A stretch of 64,000 bases of DNA from Octopus sinensis (taxonomy: Eukaryota), in assembly GCF_006345805.1 (NCBI RefSeq), contig NC_043007.1, positions 42,470,001-42,534,000 on the forward strand. Reading direction: 5' to 3'. The translations under genes and the position numbers were made by a program. The notes beneath the pieces are model-generated. The model did no database searches. It saw only the letters and a program-made list of their open reading frames with translations, and was not told the DNA's origin. Shown in pieces: positions 13,530 through 26,274 of the stretch (position 1 is its first letter; each line of letters starts with the position of its first letter).

Positions 13530-14400
13530 AAAGAAAGAGCAAAAAATATTTGAAAATGGGGGTGGGAGTGAAATTTCCAAGGTTTCCACCCCGTCCTGCC
13601 GTTTTCCGGACCCAAAAAAAGGTTTTGTAGTATATTAGGTCACCGCAATACATTCAATGAAAATTTTTTTTAATTTCCCAAGATTCCGGGATGTGGGTGG
13701 GATCCAGTTTCCCCCACCCCTTTTTTTCCAAACAAAAACAAGGGATTTGCAGCATATTAGGAGATCAGGGTACTTGATTCCATGCAAAAAATTCGAATTT
13801 TTTTTTCTTAGAGAAAATCATGTGGGTGAAAGGATCAAAATTTACCAATTTCATTTTAATCATAATCTAGGCAGTTTGAAAAGTATTTATATAAAAATTT
13901 CATTAGAAAAAGCCATTTTTCTAAAAGTTATGAAGGAAAAACTCGGATCTTGGTCAGTTTCTGAAAGTCCTCTCCCCACTCCGGTTGGTTTGCCCGCATT
14001 TTTGTTTTCATATTTGTTTCATACATATTTTTTTACGCCTGTTGCACTAGTTTTTTTTTTTTTTTTTCTCTTTTGTTTTCATGACCGGGTAATAAAGTAA
14101 ACATTAAGCAAAATTTTTTAAAACTTCCGATGTAATCGTAATTTACACCATCTGAAAAGTATTTGTAGAAAATTTCATTAAAAATATCCATTTTTCTGAA
14201 TGTCATGAGAAAACAAAGATGGAGTGGACACACTTGTGTAAGTATGCAAGTATAACGTGGGAGTTCATCGTTCTTTTGAAGAAATTTTGGCATGTCACTG
14301 ATATTACTTCCGGTTTCTATCACAATTTACTTTTATTTTTTGGACAGTTTACTTTCACTTTTTTTTACAACGGTTAACTGCATGTTAACCCATCAGCGGT
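13530..14400. mobile_element. Uncharacterised DNA-element-like repeat with an internal direct repeat
   Basis: 13876-13935 resembles 14151-14210 (tgaaaagtattt..aaaatttcatta..ccatttttct); related text at 16537-16620. Confidence 0.45.
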
Positions 14401-14810
14401 AGTGTTGAATATCAGAAGCATAGAATATTTGAAGAATACGTCTGTATGTGTACACACAGCTGACACATAGTTTATTCCATGCTTCGACAATTTGGAGTGT
14501 GAAAAAATGTTTCCGAAAGTCATGGGTGCTACGGTGTTTTTAGATTTTTAAGCATGTCGACGGGACGAGTAGTAGAGATATTAAATTTCAAAAAATAGCC
14601 AAAGTTTGTGTTTAATCTTGTGGGATTCTATTAAGTCAGCTGCTAAACTCATTTTTTGTTCACGCCTGATTTACAAAAAAAATATCGAATAATTACGCTT
14701 ATTTTACTTCAAATAAATAAATGAAATATTCTGATATTTTACATATGAAAAATCTGAATAATTTATATTGTTTTACCTCATAAAACAACTTTGTAGAACT
14801 AAAAATTAAC

Positions 14811-15036
14811 AACAAAGTGCCGCGATCTATCGGTCAACTACATTTTCCATCCTGTGGCATTCGAGACGTTTGGTAGGGTCGGACCACTGACTGCGTGATT
14901 CCTGTCTTCTCTGGTAGCTTGCCTTCAAGAGGTAACTGGTGAAGCTCGTGATGACGCTCTCTTGTTCCAGCGCATCAACCTCGCCATCACCCGCGGCAAC
15001 GCTGCAAGCGTGCTGGCGCGCTTCAATAGTCATTAA
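14811..15036 (+). mobile_element. CRE-clade non-LTR retrotransposon 3' fragment (restriction-like endonuclease end)
   Basis: Translates KCRDLSVNYIFHPVAFETFGRVGPLTA*FLSSLVACLQEVTGEARDDALLFQRINLAITRGNAASVLARFNSH*. F.P.A.ET.G..GP and QRI..AI.RGNAASVL are CRE-type motifs; one internal stop. Confidence 0.8.
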
Positions 15037-16009
15037 AGAGGTTTCCCAGCGCCCCAAAATTTTCAGTCTAAGGTTGTGAATCCCACCCCCCTTCGGATCT
15101 TTTCCTTTTGGCCTTCAAAAGGAAAAGATCCCCCACTTCTTCTTACTCTTATTTATATAAAAAGAAAACACCCTGTCGACAAGATCACAGGGTGGCCGCA
15201 AAAACAAAGTTCGTATGCCAATACCATTTCTTGAGTGCTGCCAACGATGTTGAGGTGTGTTGTACGATATATAGTTATTCGTATTTGCATGACCAAATAA
15301 TGAAGTTGTCTGCTCCAAAACAGACTTACACAAAAAAAAAAAAAAAAAAGAAAGAGAAAAATCAACGCACTCTTCGTAACAAACCTTAACATTGTTGTGC
15401 GTTCTGAAATTTGAACGCAACGAATTCCTCGTTAGAAATTACTAAGGAAAAGTGAAAGGAAAAGAGGTTTTGCCCATTTAATTAATCGTGTTAAGTGGTA
15501 GCTGTGTCATAACCTCTTGTCAGCGCAGGGAAATTAATAACGAAAAATGTCACATTTACAGTATCTCAATTTCAGGGTGGAGTGCCAGCTTATCAAACAG
15601 CTTTATGTTAAGAGAAAGTAAGTTACATCGAGATATTTCTTCTTATAGTTATTACCATTGTTGTTCTTTTTATTATTAAAACAGGGAGCTGGTACAATTG
15701 CTAGAGCATCGGAAAACTACTTTGCAGTATTTGTTCCGACTCTCTTCATTCTAAGTTCAAATACCGCCCATGTCAACATTACCTGTCATCTTTTCGGAGC
15801 CAATAAAATAAAGTACAAGTGTACTTCTTAAGCAGATCAGGTCAAAAATGTCGCTAGAAGCTGGGATCACCAAGCGTAGATTGGCATATTTCGGTCTTCG
15901 ACTGAGCGGATAGAGAGAGAGTAGTACTGTGATCGATCTAATCGACTAATCCCTACCCCTAAAAATTGCTGACCGTGCAAAAATTTGAAGCAGTCGTCAT
16001 TATCATTAG

Positions 16010-16225
16010 ACAAAGGCAGTGAGCTGACAGAATCGTTATCGCGTCGGGCAAAATGCTTCGTGTCATTTCTTCCGCCTCTTCACTTTTTAGTTCAAATCCC
16101 GCCGAGGTCGACTATGCCTTTCAACCCTTTCGGGGTCGATAAAATAAATACCAGTTATGTCCTGGGGTCAATGTTATCGATTAACCCACTCCCCTTAAAA
16201 TTTCTGGTCTTCTGCCAAAATTTTA
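16010..16225 (+). mobile_element. Meta-type SINE
   Basis: aaggcagtgagctgacagaatcgtta..gttcaaatcccgccgaggtcgac..tttcggggtcgataaaataa. Confidence 0.8.
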
Positions 16226-16663
16226 AACAGGCGATAAGAATATGGAAAAAAGAAAATAATTAATTTCAAATATTCTATGAGGAAACTCCAAAATTGATTC
16301 ATACACCCCTCACAACCCCATCCCACTATCTAAAAGTGAAAATGAACGGCTTGCAAATATGAAAGGCTATTAAATGTGTGAGAGCTGTTCTAATGTGAAC
16401 ATAAGTGAGGGACCAGCAATTTTTTTTTTTTTTTTTTGCAGCAGTTAAGAATATGAAGTCTGTGAAAGCCCCTTGTCCATCAGGAATTATTTCTAAAGTG
16501 CATAAAATATGTGGCATAGTAGGATACGGTCTAATTTGGGGGGTGGGGGTGGGGGAATTTCGGAAAATTCACCGGAGCCCACGTCATTTCGTCTTAACTT
16601 TCAAGAAAATGGATATATTTGGCGATCATTCGGTACTAGTTACATAGCTGTCACTTATAAACC

Positions 16664-16806
16664 CACGTGGGTTTATTTACATTTCCGAAGAAAAAAGAAA
16701 ACCTTCACCCCAACCCTAAACGTAACCCTAACCCTAACCCACTTATATAAAAAAAAAACTTTTACGGAAAGTGACAATCTTCTTCAAATGTAAACAAATA
16801 CACGTG
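16664..16806. mobile_element. MITE with CCCTAA repeats inside
   Basis: Inverted repeats cacgtgggtttatttacattt / aaatgtaaacaaatacacgtg around aaccctaaacgtaaccctaaccctaaccc. Confidence 0.65.
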
Positions 16807-16841
16807 ATGTAGTGTAAAATAAACATTGGTAGATCTGTCAG

Positions 16842-17078
16842 TGGCGTAGAGCTGGCAGAAACGTTAGCACGCCGGGCGAAATGCGTAGCCGTATTTCGTC
16901 TGCCGTTACGTTCTGAGTTCAAATTCCGCCGAGGTCGACTTTGCCTTTCATCTTTTCGGGGTCGATATAGTAAGTACCAGTTTCCCACTGGGTCGATATA
17001 ATCGACTTAATCTGTGTGTCTGTCCTTGTTTGTCCCCTCTGTGTTTAGCCCCTTGTGGGTAGTAAAGAAATAGGTATA
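16842..17078 (+). mobile_element. Young full-length Meta-type tRNA-derived SINE
   Basis: A-box-like gagctggcagaa, B-box gagttcaaattcc, gcctttcatc.tttcggggtcgata central domain; CpGs retained. Confidence 0.9.
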
Positions 17079-17644
17079 CTTCGATTACAATAAAGGCCGT
17101 TCTTAACATCGTTATCGGCCCTTGGGAAAATCAGTACACTGGGCCCTGTAGTATTTATTTATTGACAGCAAGCCACAGCATACATAGATCAGAAATGGGC
17201 CCCTAGATTTGTGAAGCACCTGGGTGACTACACAGTATACCTATGCCTTAAGACTGTCCTAATTACAGTATATGCACATATAAAGTGGCCACCTTGCTTG
17301 ATATGCACACCCTATGCTACTCTACTGAGGCATAGCTAATATAGTTTAACTCAAAACTATTGATGACAAAAAGCGTAAACTGGTTGAGAGACGAGCTGGC
17401 AGAGTGGTTAGCACGTCAGAGAAAATGGTTAGAGGCATTTCTTTTATATTCTGAACTCAAATCCCGCCAGCATCAACTTTGACTTGCTTTCTTTTGGAAT
17501 CAGTAAAATAAAGTACCAGTCAAGATGTTTTTTAGCCTACAATATAGCAAGGTCATTCAACTGAATATTTTAAGTTTACTGTTGACGAAAAAAATCACTA
17601 AACCTTGAAAAATACCTAACTCAAGTTTAAAATGTTTGAATCTA

Positions 17645-17872
17645 ATACCTATTTCTTTATTACCCACAAGGGGCTAAACACAGAGAGGACAGACAAACGG
17701 ATTAAGTCGACTATATTGACCCCAATGCGTAACTGGTCCTTAATTTATCGACCCCGAAAGGATGAAAGGCAAAGTCAACCTCTGCGGAATTTGAACTCAG
17801 AACATAGCGGCGGGTGAAATACCACAAAGCATTTCGCCCGGCATGCTAACGTTTCTGCCAGCTCGCCGCCTT
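17645..17872 (-). mobile_element. Young Meta-type SINE with 17-bp flanking direct repeat
   Basis: Reverse complement of 16842-17078; gtttgaatctaatacct at 17634-17650 and 17881-17897. Confidence 0.9.
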
Positions 17873-18079
17873 AAATCTAAGTTTGAATCTAATACCTTAA
17901 CAAAAAGAACCAATAAGTCTTTGCTAAAACTTAATATACTTAATTCTTTATGTGAATTTTCTGCAGTCAAAGATTACCCAGATGCAGAGTTTATTAGAAT
18001 TAACTTTTATTAACATAATTAATTGTACTCGAACAAAATTAAACAGTCCTTACCAAGTGTGGAACAAATTGTATTACTT

Positions 18080-18378
18080 GCTGACCCTACCAGTGCTGGT
18101 GCCACATAAAAAGCATCCAGTCCACACTGTGAAGTGGTTGGCTTTTGGAAGGGCATCCAGCTATAAAAACTTTGTCAAAACTGACCTCACCTGTACTACT
18201 GCCACATAAAAAGCACTCAGTCCACTCTGCAGGGTGGTTGGTATTAGAAGGGGCATCCAGCTGTAAAAACCATGCCAAAACAAACACAGAAGCCAGGTGT
18301 AGTCTTTTGCCTGGCTGGCTCCTACCAAACCGTCCAACCCATGCCAGCATGGAAGGCAGACTTTAAATGATGATAATG
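18080..18378 (+). mobile_element. RTE-tailed SINE with an internal ~100-bp tandem duplication
   Basis: gccacataaaaagca..agtccac..tggttgg..gaagggcatccagct..aaaaac occurs twice; ends taaatgatgat. Confidence 0.8.
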
Positions 18379-19874
18379 AATGTCTCAAGAATAATGTTTC
18401 AAAAAGGAAAATGTGAAGCATTCAGTCATACATTTGATAGTACACGGAGAAATTGAACTTGAAGTTTATAGAGTGATGTGGTGTGTTGAAAGATTGAGAT
18501 ATTTTCTATTAGGTAAATCTTTCACACAGGAGAATGATTAGTTGTTTGATTTATTTTTTACAAAGGATATTGATGTTTCTAGATAAGCCTCATGAGATTA
18601 CTGGCTAGGCCCTTAAAATGATTCCCAAATCATTCACATACCTGATTTTAGTACTATTCATACTAAAGTATGACTCAATTCAGTTTGATGCAATGTTTGA
18701 TCTGACTTAGTTCATGATGAATTAACTTTTACTAATGTTCAGACAGTTGAAGACATTAAAAATTATTTTAAAACATGTATTCTTTATGTTTACTTAACTC
18801 TTTAGCTGTCCTGTGTATAATATGATGCACAAGACATTTCCTTGGCATCCATGCATCATATATGATACACATTTCCAATTTCTTTTCATCCACCAGAGTA
18901 ACTTTGGCTTTATGAAAGAAAAGCTTTACATTACACAGAACACAGGAAACAAGGGCTATCTAAAAATCTGAAAACAAAGATGTTTAAGACAAACTTATGA
19001 AAATGCTTTGGACAGGCAAAGGATTAAAGAACTGCATTGACAGTTCTGAGAGTAGTTTAGACCAACTCCTTTAGAACAATTTTTTGCCAGACATTTTCTG
19101 AACCTATTTTAGAAAATGACCTTATCTGTAATTAAAATAGGCAATATATTCCTGAATCTTATGCAAAAATGATTTCTACAATTTATGACACATATGAGAG
19201 TAAAATAAAATAAGGGCTTGTATTTGGTGGCCTAATCTTAGCAGAGATACTGAAGAATTAAATCAGATCTTGTGACATGCACTGACAATAGATTTGTGCA
19301 GTAAGTAGGCTACTTCACAACCCTGGGAAGGTTACATACAGACTGGGGATGTGTACAAAATGTTGAAAATGGGTCAATGATAGTTGACTCAGCCAGTGCT
19401 TGGACTGAAACTTTTCAATATTCCAGGGAGAGCTCAGAAAATATAAGGAAATTAGTATTTTTCATTTTGGTGTTCTAATAGCAGTGATATCAGACAAAGA
19501 AGCAAAATTCCTCAATAAAAACTGCTCTTTAAAACCAATTTGGTTATAAGAAAATTGGAAGTTTGACCTTCAATATAAAACCTAATAATACAACAGAAAG
19601 TCTGCATTAAAAATTCCATCAATTGGAATGTCCAAGTATTTGTTAAAGGCTCTTTTTAGTCATTGCTTTTCATCTAGGGCTGCCAGATAATTATAAAACT
19701 GGACAAATAATTCATTATAAGGATAATATACTAAAATTTCCTACAGATGCACCTTAATTAATTTATGCTGATAAAAACGAAACCTGGATTAAATTTGATT
19801 ATGAAAAATCTCAGAATCAGTTGAACAGATGGCTTTTAAATATCCTTTGCCAAGTTTAACATGTTAATGTTATC

Positions 19875-20986
19875 AGTGGGTCTTCATTATTAACTTCTCC
19901 ATCTGTAGAGAGATCGGTGGTCTGATTTCTTAGAGAAATCAAACCATTGATCACATGCTTTCAGTACAAATTCATTGCAGGCTTTCAGTACAAGAACACC
20001 ACTCTATCATTTAGAAATGTTTATGAGTGGATTGAGAAGTTTAAAATGGATGAACAATAGTAATCACAAAGAGGGAGTAGGATGCTAATCAACCTCCGCC
20101 GCTGACATGAAGACTCAGTAATCTTGAGAGATGGTTCTGGCGAACAGATGAGTGACCATCAATGAGGTGGCATGTCCCCTTCAAATTAGACATGGTCCTG
20201 CATACAAAATCCACAACAAGTTTTGTTTGTGTAAAGTCTGTGCAAGATGGGTGCCAGAGAGTTTACTGAATTGCATAAGCACAGTCATGTGGAGATCTGT
20301 CAATGCTTAGTCAACCACTATAGTGATGAAGGCAAAGTGTTTTTTGGAACGAATATTCAGTCTGAGCCAGAATCTAAAAGGCAGAGCATGGAGTGGAAAC
20401 ACCAGAAATCACCAGTGAAAAAGAAATTCAAGCCTCAACCTTCTGCAGAATGTGATGTGAACCATTTTGGGGAGCACAAAAGGGACATATACTAGAAGAT
20501 TATATGAAGAATATGGAGAAAGGGGTCTCCTGTCAGCAGTGAAATGCTGGCCAACAAACTGAAACCAGCAATTTGCACCAAACATCAAGGTCTATTGTCA
20601 TACCAAGTGTTAATGTTACATGACAATGAACACATATGATCCCTATGCACTGTTGAAACTATTGAAAAATTGGGTTTCGAGTTGCTGGAACACCCTCCAT
20701 ACAGTCTAGACCTTTCCCTTTCTGACTATCACCTTTTAGAACTGCTCAAACATCCTTAGAGAGGTTGTCGAATTGCTACGGACAAAGTGCGAGAAGTGGT
20801 GCATTAATAGCTGCACGACCAGCAGAAAACCTTTGCTGTTGAAATAAGCCAGCTGGTGGGCCACTGGAAGAAGTGCATCAAAGAGTAAGGAGACTATATT
20901 GAAAAATGGTGTCATTGTTCAAACCCTGCTTTTGTTTTAATAAATTATAGAAAGAAAAGTGCATATAATTTTTGACTTATCCTCGT
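19875..20986 (+). mobile_element. Mariner (DD34D-type) transposase pseudogene
   Basis: Fragments VCARWVPR, EPESKRQSMEWKH..SP.KKKFK.QPSA, LHDN..H, GFELLEHPPYSLDLSPSDYHL; 3' TIR-like aatttttgacttatcctcg|ta. Frameshifts and stops throughout. Confidence 0.9.
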
Positions 20987-21375
20987 ATATTTATTGTATT
21001 ATTAACATTTAAATGTATTTGGTCAATATTTGCACACTATATCTATCTAGCCAATCTGTTATCATTAAGCTAATGTTGCATGGTCAGGACTGTTTAAGGT
21101 GACTACCAATTTGTTGTTAAACACAGTTTCATTGTATACTACTTGGATAACATTGACAAACTATAATAGTCAGTTAGAACTGCTCTCAGAAGTTTTGAAT
21201 TTAATCACTGTTGTGGACTTATGTAATTAATATAAGCACAACATTTATGAATTTGATGCATGATGTAATGATAACATTTCAAAATATCATTCTGAGGATC
21301 AAATTTGAAAACAAATTTAATATTTTTATTTAAAAATTTTTTTTTATTTTTAGCCGTGCTCAAAGGCCATTGAGC

Positions 21376-21422
21376 ATGCCTCTTTACAAACTCAAAGTTT
21401 GGATAGAAGATTCAAAGTTTGC
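21376..21422 (+). CDS. SPATA17: SPATA17 paralogue B, first identifiable coding exon (MPLYKLKVWIEDSKF-A); exon runs 21354-21422
   Basis: Strong acceptor ttttag|, donor GC|gtaagt, phase 2 joining the IQ exon at 23349. The frame is also open upstream to 21354, so the true start may lie in an earlier exon. Confidence 0.65.
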
Positions 21423-23348
21423 GTAAGTTAAAGCAATTTATTTTCTTTATACATTTTTCCTACTTTCCTTTTTTATTTTGTTTTCTTTTTGTAAGCTGTA
21501 AGCTGCCTACTTATAACAATTATCACTGCAGTTTTCTGTCCCTTTTGTTCTGCACATAAGCTAGAAAGTTCTCAACATCTCATGAACTTGCTCACATCAT
21601 TTCTCATAGCTTTTCACAATAGGCATCATATGATCATTTGGAAATGTTATTTGTAGTAGGCCAGTATCCTATCCAAAGGAAGATTTATATCTCTTCCATT
21701 TGCCAAAGCAGACATTGGAGTACGATGCTGTCCTTGAACCCTTTGGATCCTGTCAAACTGTCCTGCACATGCTAGTATGGAATTTGGATGTTGAATAATG
21801 ATGATGATGATGAAAATGGGAGCTGAACCATAAAAAACCCTTTGGACTTAGTTAGCTATAGGAATCTAACATCTAAACACCTGTAAAAAAAAATGAAAGA
21901 TAAAAGCATAGAAAGCTATACGAACCAATTGCATAACCTAAATATACTTACTCATCTTTCTACCATAAAAAGAGAAGAACATATGGATAATGTAATCCTA
22001 GATACAGTTGCATGAAAAACAAATCAGGGTAGTTACAACAAGAACACCTTTGATCATATTTCTGGAGGATTAGGGTGAACTAGAACTACCTAAACAACAT
22101 AAGAAAAATTAAACATATTGAATAAATAGTTACAAAATTAGTTAAGTTTATTAATTCAATGTTGTGATTTTTGTTTTGATTACGTGATTTTGATTGTCTC
22201 AATTGCTGTTATATGCCTGCAGTGCAACTGCACGGAGTTCTGTTCTGTTTGCGTTGATTTTAGTTAGTCTAGAATGTAGCAACTCGCTGCATAAAAATGT
22301 TATTGTGTTGAAGTTTGGTTTTGCTTACAATTTAGCAATCTTTGTTTGTATTGTATATTGCTGTATTTTTAGTTGATTAAAACCTTCTAAACTTTGATAT
22401 TCGAGTTTGGGTTTATAACATTCATAAACTGTAAAGTAACCCTTTTGTCACTATATTTCTGTTTAAAGACCACTGTCTTTGTTTCAATTAATTTTGAAAA
22501 TAATGAAGAAACTTTGTCATTATTAAACTGGTGTTTGGAACATAAAGTAACATGAAGTTTTGATGGGAACTTTTAATTCAGATCACTTTAAAATAGAATG
22601 TTTGTATCACAGATCCAGAAGTGGTTTCTGGCAGGATAGTATCAAAAGGGTTAGTTATGCAAATGTGTGTATGTTTATTCTGTGGATTTAAGTACAAAAG
22701 ACTCTACGTAACACAAAGTGAAAAAGAGAGTAGCTTGTGGTACAAATTGTTCATTGATGACCTGATGGATTGATTTCAATATACTTACTCATCTTTCTCC
22801 CATAAAAAGAGAGCATATGGATAATATAATCCTAGATACTGTTGTAATGCATGCTTCATATATTCTTCATTAAGCCCCAGATTAAATCTTCAAATAATGT
22901 AAGATACATACATGCACACACACACACACACACACATATTGTATATTGCTTCATCAATTGGTGGGATCAACAAAAAATGTGCTCTATCTGATGAGAGATA
23001 AATATCATAATATACAGTGTTTAAAATTGAGCTTCTATCATTTTCATACTTAAAATTGTACTATTGTCAGGTGACTTTGTATAGTATGTCATATACTATC
23101 AAGTAATTTTTCATCTTGTCTTGCTTTTTCTCAGAGAACAACTGTGTTGTATCCTGAATCTGAAAGACTGCTTGATGGTACATGGCACACTATACTATAA
23201 TACATGGCACACATCTATAGTACTTTTTGTAAGCATGAAACTTATAGTAGCTTAATTTTAAATCTTGTATCTATTAAATCTCACAAACACACACACACAA
23301 TTCCCATTTGCGAATTCTGTAATCTCCATAATTTCTCTCTTTTGGTAG

Positions 23349-23430
23349 ACTCCGCACTGATGCTGCTATTGTTATTCAGCGAAACTGGCGAGGGTACAAA
23401 GCTCGTGTCTACTTCGCTCATTACTTTTGG
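23349..23430 (+). CDS. SPATA17: SPATA17 paralogue B IQ-motif exon (LRTDAAIVIQRNWRGYKARVYFAHYFW)
   Basis: ggtag|...TGG|gtaagt, 82 nt, canonical IQxxWRGxxxR. Confidence 0.92.
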
Positions 23431-23859
23431 GTAAGTGTTGAAACTCATCTGTCATTCAGTGTAGATGATTGACTGACTGACTGTCTGTTACTGCTTTGAT
23501 GGGCTGACATGCTTTAGCTGCTGGATAAACAACCAGACTGGTTGGTAGTATCTACCCTGTCACCAGTATTTGTACTAATTGCAATGTCATTACCAGTTCA
23601 AATATGCTTGTGGTATGTTTGGACTCATGAACAAACCATTCACTGTGTTTTGTCATAGAGAAAATTTCTTGCAGTAGACAAATGGTGTAAATACACCTAA
23701 ATCAGTTCATGGTGCCACCTATCTGGATTGTGAAATGCAAGCATTTTGGAGTGGTTATCTCCTCTTTGGTCACAAACACCTAGGCAGTAGATGCTGTGAA
23801 CTGATAAAAGTAATTCTTTCTCTTATGTTCTTTCAGTCACTGTACAGTTACTGATAGTA

Positions 23860-24190
23860 CTTGTGGGATGACGTCAGCAGCTGGGGGTGCTGACTGGAAC
23901 TTGGGAGCTGACCGGAAGAGGAAGGGCGCAGGAATGACACATGCCCAGGCAGGGGACGATTGGGCTTTTTTTTCAATCGGGGTAGCCGACAGTGCTGGAC
24001 GTGTGAGCGCTTCGACAAGATGAGGGAAAAGCAGCTGCTATTTTTAGCATTCAGGTTGGGCCACATGGAAGGGTGCATTACCACCGGAGAGGTCTGTGTG
24101 GACAAAGAGAAGGTAGGTGTCTTACTTCAAATCTCCCATATACACCACAAGCTGCCGAAATAGCTTGTGGTGTATGCGGGGGATTCTACA
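23860..24190. mobile_element. GC-rich intronic insertion (possible LTR-like fragment, TGTAG end on - strand) with terminal hairpin
   Basis: Abrupt GC/CpG rise; ends ...ggattctaca; no TSD found. Confidence 0.4.
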
Positions 24191-25051
24191 ATATGCAATT
24201 AATTAAGGAAATTAGTTCAAATTTTGTAGCAGTCATCAGTAAGCTGAGTTCCAACAGACCAGACATATCACACTGATGATTTTGGTCCTCAATCTAGGTT
24301 CCCTTGACGCCTTATCATTTAAACCAGCTATATCCAGCCAAAATATTCTTCTTTTTGTTATGTTCAAACTGGCCTGATCCAACATCTCATACCTACTTTA
24401 CAATGTTATAGTAAAAATAAACATCACATCACTGAAATCTTGAAGCCACAAGATAATGCATGATTAATTCAAGATAATGTGAATAAATAAACATTGCATT
24501 TGACAGAATAATCCGAATGCTAAAGTTTTAAATAAAACTTAATCATTAACTTACTTCAATTAATCTAACTACTTATCTTAGACAAAGCATACAGCATCGC
24601 TTATCATAGTCAAACTTCTATATTCCTTAATTTAACCAAATACCTCATTATATAAAAATCAGTTATTCTAACAATTTGTAGAAGCATCAAACCCATGCAT
24701 CAACTCTGTAGAACTATTTAATAATATAGTGTCACTTCAATGTATAAAGCAAAGTGATTGACTGAATTGGTTGGGTGCCAGACAACATGTTGTGTGATAA
24801 TTATTTAGTGTTTTAAGTTCTGAGTTTAATTACATCTGGGATCAACTTTTCTTTTCATGCTTCCAGAATAGATTTAATCAATGATACACCCCACTAAAAC
24901 ATAAAATAAATCAAAATAAATCGAGTGGCCTTGTGCCAAAATTAGACATCAATATTTCAGTATACAGCCTTCCACAAGCTGAATGTTTAGTCCTTATTTT
25001 GATTCTAAATTCTTCATTATTGATCTTCTTGTTACTTTTTATCTTTTGTAG

Positions 25052-25102
25052 ACGAGATATTATGAAAAATGTATAAATCATTATGAAAAAATGGCTACTA
25101 AG
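25052..25102 (+). CDS. SPATA17: SPATA17 paralogue B exon (TRYYEKCINHYEKMATK)
   Basis: ttgtag|...AAG|gtttgt, 51 nt, phase 0-0; resembles recalled VAYY......YNAMAVR. Confidence 0.88.
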
Positions 25103-25479
25103 GTTTGTTTCTTCTACTCTTTGAAACTTTCCCTCTTATTTTTTTATCCTTTTTCTACTGATAGCAGTTCCTCACAGTGGACTATCTAAGTTGAGTTTAT
25201 CAGCCCCAATACTTTCTGAGGTACTTTTTTTATCCATCTCTATTTACTGAATGGTTATGTCCACCGAAGTAATATAAGCACAAAGTATTTTTGTCTAATG
25301 CACCAATTTATTGACTATCCTCATCCTCCTTCAACTCTCTCTCTCTCTCTCTCTCTCACACACATACACACACACGCACGCACACACACACACAGTGAAG
25401 GAAGGTGCAGTGAAAGAAAAGTATCCACAATCAAAACAAGGTGAAAAAAGTTCAGAGTGGTATTACTTCTGTTGATAAC

Positions 25480-25962
25480 AAAGAGTAGATTCTTGAAGCA
25501 TCATCTACCTCCAAACAAAAGCAGATAATCCTTATATATGAAGTGCAATGTTGTATAGTAGCAAAATATGGACATTGGATGGAGAGGATGTGTAAAGGCT
25601 ACAAAGAAATGAAGTGAACATGCTCCACTGAATATGTAATGTCAGTGTATATGAATGATGATGCACATATCAAACAAAAACTGGATAGGAGAGTAATCAG
25701 AAGTAGTGTATAAGACAGCGTTGGTATGAACATATGCTTCATATAATTGATGATAGTTGAGTAAAGAAGTACCTAAACATCAAAGTGGAAGGGAGCTGCT
25801 GTGGGAAAGGAAAATCAAAGATGGCATGAACAGCAGAAGTGGTGAAAACTGATATCAGGTTGCTGAACCTAACAAAAGGAAATGACAAAGGAAAAGAACA
25901 AGTGGCACAACAGTGTTGGAAAGGAGCCATCCAACCCGTGCAAGCATGAAAAATAGTCATTA
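25480..25962 (+). mobile_element. Degenerate RTE LINE 3' fragment
   Basis: SAMLYSSKIWTL..EDV*RLQRNEVNMLH*ICNVSV resembles the RTE RT C-terminus; ends in the ccaacccgtgcaagcatg tail shared with the SINEs. Confidence 0.7.
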
Positions 25963-26274
25963 AAAAAAAAAAATGTTGCGGATTTGATAGTGTTTTGAAT
26001 GAACATTCTTTAGGGTGTTTTTTTTTCATTCACATTCCATCCTATATACTGACATATTTCCACTTTTACAAATGCACACACACACACACGCAAACAGCTA
26101 TGTATATGATTTCACCTTTCATTCATCTGTAATTTTCTGCATTCCAGTTGCAATGCACAGTAAATAAGGTGACAGTGTGCATAAGATAATACTCCCTCAC
26201 TACCACAATTTTTAATGTTCATTTCACTATGCTTGCTTGGGTGAGCAGGTCATCTTCACCACATCAGAAGTCCT

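Noticed and set aside
16842-16930. tRNA gene
   Set aside because: The A/B boxes belong to a tRNA-derived SINE head; no cloverleaf.
17982-18050. MQSLLEL... as the SPATA17-B start
   Set aside because: No phase-2 donor found; the ORF runs into a SINE.
18441-18512. Possible upstream coding exon of SPATA17-B (donor TAG|gtaaat)
   Set aside because: The frame needed to join 21354 contains a stop and no ATG; at most a 5' UTR exon, unsupported.
24055-24112. Exon-like segment cag|GTTGGG...GAAG|gtaggt
   Set aside because: 58 nt would frameshift between the phase-0 exons ending 23430 and starting 25052; it lies in a TE-like block.
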